From Patescibacteria group bacterium (GTDB lineage: Bacteria; Patescibacteriota; Minisyncoccia; Phycocordibacterales; Phycocordibacteraceae), in the NCBI GenBank assembly GCA_040390125.1, contig JAZJYZ010000001.1, positions 442,396 through 506,395 of the forward strand: a DNA stretch of 64,000 nucleotides. The letters are read 5' to 3'. Below the pieces are notes generated by a model. That model had not been told where the DNA came from. It saw only the letters and a list, made by a program, of their open reading frames with translations, and did not search any database. This document shows positions 59,368 through 64,000 of this stretch, in pieces (position 1 is the first letter of the stretch; each line of letters starts with the position of its first letter). The position numbers and the translations under genes were made by a program.

Positions 59368-61281
59368 TTGAAAATGACCGTAAACGAGCTTCGTGCAAAA
59401 TATCTTGAATTCTTCAGGCAAAGAGGGCATCAGGTGATTCCTTCGGTTTCACTCGTGCCTGAGAATGACCCAACGACACTGTTCGTCTCTTCCGGCATGC
59501 AACCTCTTTTGCCGTATTTCTTGGGAACTCCGCACCCTATGGGGAGCCGTGTGACTAACTCGCAAAAGTCGCTCCGCACGCAAGACATTGAAGAGGTAGG
59601 AGATAATCGCCACACGACCTTTTTTGAGATGCTCGGTAATTGGTCTTTTGGAGATTACTTCAAAGCAGAGCAGTTGCCATGGTTTTTTGAATTCTTAACT
59701 GATGTGGTGGGTCTCGACCCGAGACGCCTGTATGTAACTACATTCATTGGGGACGAAACTCTAGGTATTCCAAGAGACACTGATTCGGCAGAGATTTGGA
59801 AGAAACTTTTTAGCTCGAAGGGGATAGAGGCAAAAGATGTTGCTCTGGGGTCTGAAGAGAATGGTGGAACTAAAGGTATGCAGGGTGGACGTATTTTTTA
59901 TTACGACGCCAAGAAAAATTGGTGGAGTCGTGCTGGAGCTCCGTCAGCAATGCCAGCAGGTGAACCAGGCGGGCCTGACTCAGAAGTTTTTTATGACTTC
60001 GATCCAATAGGGGCGTCGCACGACGTGAAATTTGGGAAGGAGTGTCATCCGAACTGTGATTGCGGAAGGTTCATGGAGATAGGCAATTCAGTCTTCATGG
60101 AGTACATCAAAAAAGAAGATGGAAGCTTCGAATCACTCCCCAATAAAAATGTGGATTTTGGTGGAGGGTTAGAACGTATTGCGGCAGCTCGTGAGGGAAG
60201 CGGTGACGTATTTCTTTTAGATGTGTTTGCTCCGCTGATTTCAACTCTTGAAAAAGCAGGCACAAAAAAATATACAGAGGCAACGAAATCATTTCGTATC
60301 GTGTTAGATCACATTCGTGCTTCGACATTCATGCTTGGTGATGGCGTTATTCCTTCAAACACCGAGCGAGGCTACATTGCACGCCGGCTTATCCGCCGGG
60401 CAGTCAGGCATGCCGACCTCGTAGGTGCCCCAGAGGGTACTCTTGCGGAGCTGTCGGATGCCGTAATTGAATATTTCAAAGAGCAGTATCCGGAACTCGA
60501 GGCAAACCGTTCAGCAATACACACTCACATGAGTGAGGAAGAGCAAAAATTTAGAAAAACACTCATTGTAGGAGTGAAAGAGTTTGAGCGTTTTGCACAA
60601 AAAGGTAGCGTCTCTGGAGAAGACGCATTCGTACTTTTCACTACGTACGGATTTCCTTGGGAAGTTACTGAGGAACTTGCACGTGAACGGGGTACCCCGA
60701 TTAATCGGGGTAGTTTTGATACAGCGATGGAGGAGCATCAGAAGCTTTCACGTGCTGGTGCAAGTCAAAAGTTTGCAGGTGGTCTTGCAGACCATGCTGA
60801 GCAAACTATTCGCTATCACACTACACATCACATTCTTCTTAAAGCCCTGCAGATAGTACTTGGTGGTGAGGTACATCAGCGAGGCTCAAATATTACCTCC
60901 GAGAGACTACGTATCGATTTTTCGTATCCCACTAAAATGACACCAGAGCAAAAAACGGAAGTGGAAAAAATAGTGAATGAAAAAATAACAGAAGAGCTTC
61001 CAGTTATGAGAACAGTCATGCCAAAAGAAGAGGCTGAGAAGTTTGGGGCAGAACATGAGTTTGGAGTTAAATACCCAGAAATGGTTTCGGTATATTCAGT
61101 AGGACCAAAAAATGCGACGGCAGAGACCCCCAAGATTGATAGTGCTTTTTCAATAGAATTTTGTGGCGGTCCGCATGTGAGTAATACACAAGAAATTGGG
61201 GCAGGGGGTAAACGTTTCAAAATACAAAAAGAGGAAGCGGTTGCCGCTGGAGTACGAAGGATTAAGGGGGTGTTGAGTTAG
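59368..61281 (+). CDS. alaS: Alanine--tRNA ligase, shortened form (catalytic, tRNA-recognition and editing domains; no C-Ala domain)
   Basis: 637 aa. N-terminal FRQRGHQVIPSVSLVPENDPTTLFVSSGMQP. Editing-site HxxxH (HHTTHHILLKA) and a Cys in CGGPHV. Confidence 0.9.
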   Translation: MKMTVNELRAKYLEFFRQRGHQVIPSVSLVPENDPTTLFVSSGMQPLLPYFLGTPHPMGSRVTNSQKSLRTQDIEEVGDNRHTTFFEMLGNWSFGDYFKAEQLPWFFEFLTDVVGLDPRRLYVTTFIGDETLGIPRDTDSAEIWKKLFSSKGIEAKDVALGSEENGGTKGMQGGRIFYYDAKKNWWSRAGAPSAMPAGEPGGPDSEVFYDFDPIGASHDVKFGKECHPNCDCGRFMEIGNSVFMEYIKKEDGSFESLPNKNVDFGGGLERIAAAREGSGDVFLLDVFAPLISTLEKAGTKKYTEATKSFRIVLDHIRASTFMLGDGVIPSNTERGYIARRLIRRAVRHADLVGAPEGTLAELSDAVIEYFKEQYPELEANRSAIHTHMSEEEQKFRKTLIVGVKEFERFAQKGSVSGEDAFVLFTTYGFPWEVTEELARERGTPINRGSFDTAMEEHQKLSRAGASQKFAGGLADHAEQTIRYHTTHHILLKALQIVLGGEVHQRGSNITSERLRIDFSYPTKMTPEQKTEVEKIVNEKITEELPVMRTVMPKEEAEKFGAEHEFGVKYPEMVSVYSVGPKNATAETPKIDSAFSIEFCGGPHVSNTQEIGAGGKRFKIQKEEAVAAGVRRIKGVLS

Positions 61282-61380
61282 GTGAGGATATTCAGCTTCT
61301 TTTCATAGTTTTTAGTTTATAGTTGTTTAGAATTGAAGAGAAGATTGACAGAAAGTTATATTAATGTATAATAGAAAAAT

Positions 61381-61578
61381 ATGCTAGAACACTCTTCGAA
61401 GGAAGCGGGCAAAGGGGTGAGAGGATTCTCACCAGCTGAAGCTCAAGCGGCACTGAGAGCAGAACAAGAGCTAGAGATGTTTCGTTTTGATCTTGGTTTA
61501 CCTGATTGGGATAAGGGGAATAAGCCAGATGTTGAGTTCTTGGCTAATGTTATTTTAGGTGCCTTCGGTAAAAAATAA
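61381..61578 (+). CDS. Hypothetical small protein (65 aa)
   Basis: ORF only. Confidence 0.25.
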   Translation: MLEHSSKEAGKGVRGFSPAEAQAALRAEQELEMFRFDLGLPDWDKGNKPDVEFLANVILGAFGKK

Positions 61579-61635
61579 AACGAGAAATTATTTTTTCTAC
61601 TCGCTGAATTAATTTTTCAGATTTTTAAAATTACC

Positions 61636-61860
61636 ATGAACCCTGAATTCGCTATAGGAAATGTACAGTGGGTAGCAAATAGAGGCCAATTTCGGAAATT
61701 TGGCGGAAACCAAAAAAAGAAAATAAATCAATCTCCAATTGGAGAGGGTGGAAGAGATCGCATTCATGATTTTCTGGACAATATGTTTCATCGTAATCAA
61801 TCTAGATTTCGTCCTGAAAGTTTAAGCGAACTTCTTGCTAGGTTGTTTTCTGCTTGGTAA
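61636..61860 (+). CDS. Hypothetical small basic protein (74 aa)
   Basis: ORF only. Confidence 0.25.
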   Translation: MNPEFAIGNVQWVANRGQFRKFGGNQKKKINQSPIGEGGRDRIHDFLDNMFHRNQSRFRPESLSELLARLFSAW

Positions 61861-61866
61861 TCAAAT

Positions 61867-63018
61867 TTGAAATTAATTTCATGGGTTACAATAATCCATG
61901 AAATGAAGAAGGGTAGGACGGAACTCATTCTCGACATTGGAAGTGCCTCAGTGGGCGTTTGTGTTGCTACGTTTACGAAGGGGCAGAAACCACTAGTGAC
62001 TCACACAAAACGAGTACCTATTCGAACTGATTCAGCGGAAGCGTTGGGCGGTATACAAGCGCTCGCACTAGAAGCGTTAAAGAAAAATCTTGAAAACATA
62101 CCTCATACATCAAAGCCTGAGGTGATTCACGTTGTGTTTGCTGCTCCTTGGTATGCATCAGAAATAAAAATAGTTGTTTCTGAATCTGATAAAGTTTTAA
62201 AAATTGGTCGTGCCACCGTGACACATGCCATTTCCGGTCAGCGTGCACAAGATGCAAAAGAAATACGTCAAGGACGCTGTGCAGTTGAGTCTGCCGTGAC
62301 TCAGATATACGTAAATGGGTACCCTACAGCTCTTCATAATCCTGTCCGAGGAAAGCAACTGAGGGTACATTTATATGAAAGCGAGGTGGATGTGGCCTTT
62401 GTAGAGGCAATTACAGAAATTGTTCGCCATAGCGTTCCTCATGTACCGCTTCGCTTTCATACATTTCCATTCCTGGCTTTTGCAACCTTGCGGGCACTTT
62501 CCAATGAAGAAAATTTTACATTTGTTGATGTCGGAGGCGAAATTACTGATGTAGGGGTGGTTAATCGAGGCGGTCTTAATGTTATGCAGTCCTTTCCTAA
62601 GGGTGCGCGTTCGCTTGCACGCACCATTGCAGGAACTGGAAGTCTTGCTGACGCAATTTCACGGCTTACTCTATTCGCACGAGATGAGCTCAGTCCTCAA
62701 GAATCAGAGGTGTTCTCTAAACTATTTTCAACTGTTGCCACCTCATGGAACGAAGACTACGGGCGTATACAAGAATCAGTGCTCAAGGTGACACCTATGC
62801 CAAGAAAAACATTTCTTATGGCTGATGGGGAAGCGCTTGCATGGTTTCAGAAAGTTTTTTCAGCACGGGCTGATATGTTGCAGGCAGAACTCACGTTGGT
62901 TACCCCGCATTTCTTTGAGGAGCACGTCACGTTAGGCGAGGGTGGCGAGTATGATTCTTTCCTCTCTCTCGAAGTACTTTTTTTCGCCATGAAAAAAGAA
63001 GATCTCGTGGATTTGTAG
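61867..63018 (+). CDS. Actin-fold ATPase (PilM/FtsA-like)
   Basis: 383 aa. Phosphate-1 LILDIGSASVGV and phosphate-2 FVDVGGEITDVGVV motifs of the sugar-kinase/actin/Hsp70 fold. Followed by a gene encoding an N-terminally membrane-anchored protein, as pilN follows pilM. Confidence 0.5.
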   Translation: MKLISWVTIIHEMKKGRTELILDIGSASVGVCVATFTKGQKPLVTHTKRVPIRTDSAEALGGIQALALEALKKNLENIPHTSKPEVIHVVFAAPWYASEIKIVVSESDKVLKIGRATVTHAISGQRAQDAKEIRQGRCAVESAVTQIYVNGYPTALHNPVRGKQLRVHLYESEVDVAFVEAITEIVRHSVPHVPLRFHTFPFLAFATLRALSNEENFTFVDVGGEITDVGVVNRGGLNVMQSFPKGARSLARTIAGTGSLADAISRLTLFARDELSPQESEVFSKLFSTVATSWNEDYGRIQESVLKVTPMPRKTFLMADGEALAWFQKVFSARADMLQAELTLVTPHFFEEHVTLGEGGEYDSFLSLEVLFFAMKKEDLVDL

Positions 63019-63090
63019 AGAATACTTTTTGTACACAGTGACAAAAATCAAGGGATGTTGTTTATATGAAAGGGGAGTATAATCGAGGTA

Positions 63091-64000
63091 ATGGATCAAC
63101 ATCGAAGCATTCAGGATATTATTCCGCCAGCTCGCTCAAAACCTATACGGAGCCCTATGCCTGGTACCTCAGAAACCCCGCCTACTCGCCCAACTCCTCC
63201 ACCAATAAAAAACGTGCCTGTTAATCCAAAACGTCCCAGTGGTTTCTTTGGTTTTGCTGTTGTTGCAAGTATTGTTGCCGTACTTCTCGTTATCGGGGTA
63301 ATTGTCATAAGCACTGTGTTTTACCGTGCCTATGTGACCGTTACACCATTTGCGTTCAGTGTTCCGGTTCAAGGTTCTTTTGAATCTTCCCCAACAAGTG
63401 AGACGCTCCCGTACCAAAAAGTCTCTGTGTCTGACACGGTAAGCAAATCTGTTCCTGCAACAGGTTCACAGCACGTTGAAAATCATTCCTCAGGAACGAT
63501 TACCATCTACAACGCATATACCACCACCTCACAACGCTTGATTACTAACACCCGGTTTGCTACAGCCGACGGACTTGTCTTTCGGGTTCATGCACCTGTA
63601 GTCATCCCTGGTTACACAATGAAGGCTGGCGTAAAAGCTCCAGGGGTTGTGGATGTTGTTGTGTACGCTGATGACGCTGGAGAGAAATACAACATTCCTG
63701 CATCGGACTTCACCATTCCCGGCCTCAAAGGATCCAAGCAATACACACTTATATATGCTAAATCAAAGTCGGCAATGGCGGGAGGATTCATAGGCGAGCA
63801 AGCTGTTGTAGACCCTACGGTGCGTTCACAAACAGTTGAAGGCTTGAAAGCGGACCTTGATAGATCACTTCGTGCAAAACTTATTTCTGCCTTGCCCCTA
63901 GGCACGCTTGTGTTCAACGACTCTGTTTCTATTTCTTATGCGGATGCTCCTGATACTGTTGACGGAAGTAACGCTAATATCTCCGTTTCTGGAACGGCAG
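63091..64000 (+). CDS. Hypothetical membrane-anchored protein, partial (runs off the window end)
   Basis: Open frame from ATG 63091 with no stop before 64000. Pro-rich N-terminus and then a TM helix (FFGFAVVASIVAVLLVIGVIVI). Absent from the ORF track because no stop codon is in the window. Confidence 0.4.
   Translation, partial: MDQHRSIQDIIPPARSKPIRSPMPGTSETPPTRPTPPPIKNVPVNPKRPSGFFGFAVVASIVAVLLVIGVIVISTVFYRAYVTVTPFAFSVPVQGSFESSPTSETLPYQKVSVSDTVSKSVPATGSQHVENHSSGTITIYNAYTTTSQRLITNTRFATADGLVFRVHAPVVIPGYTMKAGVKAPGVVDVVVYADDAGEKYNIPASDFTIPGLKGSKQYTLIYAKSKSAMAGGFIGEQAVVDPTVRSQTVEGLKADLDRSLRAKLISALPLGTLVFNDSVSISYADAPDTVDGSNANISVSGTA

Overview
This 64 kb window looks like part of a small, gene-dense bacterial genome. 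The genes are short, some proteins are truncated, intergenic spacers are small, and many genes sit on pyrimidine-rich leaders with no Shine-Dalgarno-like sequence. These traits are reminiscent of CPR/Patescibacteria, but that placement is inference only.

The window is mostly housekeeping. Identifiable genes include cysS, an FKBP-type PPIase, tgt, rarA, uvrB, uvrA and a short uvrC, ddl, a pterin dehydratase, pdxS/pdxT, an M20 peptidase, two mltG paralogs and prs. There is a two-subunit ATP-citrate lyase that is strikingly ACLY-like. Six tRNA genes are present, five of them in a cluster. There is a complete F1Fo ATP synthase operon (atpBEFHAGDC), mscL, an RND efflux pump with an HlyD-like adaptor and an AbrB-like regulator, ychF, leuS, mnmA, ung, an Ogt-like domain, an M13 peptidase and a shortened alaS. 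I found no rRNA genes, CRISPR arrays, transposases or integrases.

Several things are not explained by the gene map:
- Two TrpR/YerC-like regulator genes are each bracketed by their own perfect AT-rich palindromes, one copy abutting the start codon.
- An ATP-cone::Mrr-like endonuclease fusion sits directly beside a stand-alone Cas4-like Fe-S PD-(D/E)XK nuclease.
- tRNA-Val and tRNA-Ala(GGC) are each followed by a homologous ~150-170 bp module carrying an inverted and a direct copy of that tRNA's own 3' end, followed by more tRNA-3'-like stubs ending in CCACA.
- A period-7 tandem repeat family (AGCTTYC and CACTAAA types) occupies the spacers just upstream of many start codons, and occurs once in-frame inside mnmA.
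- A nearly identical ~28-nt element lies immediately upstream of cysS, atpF and ychF.
- A family of 36-42 bp perfect palindromes occurs at three dispersed intergenic sites.
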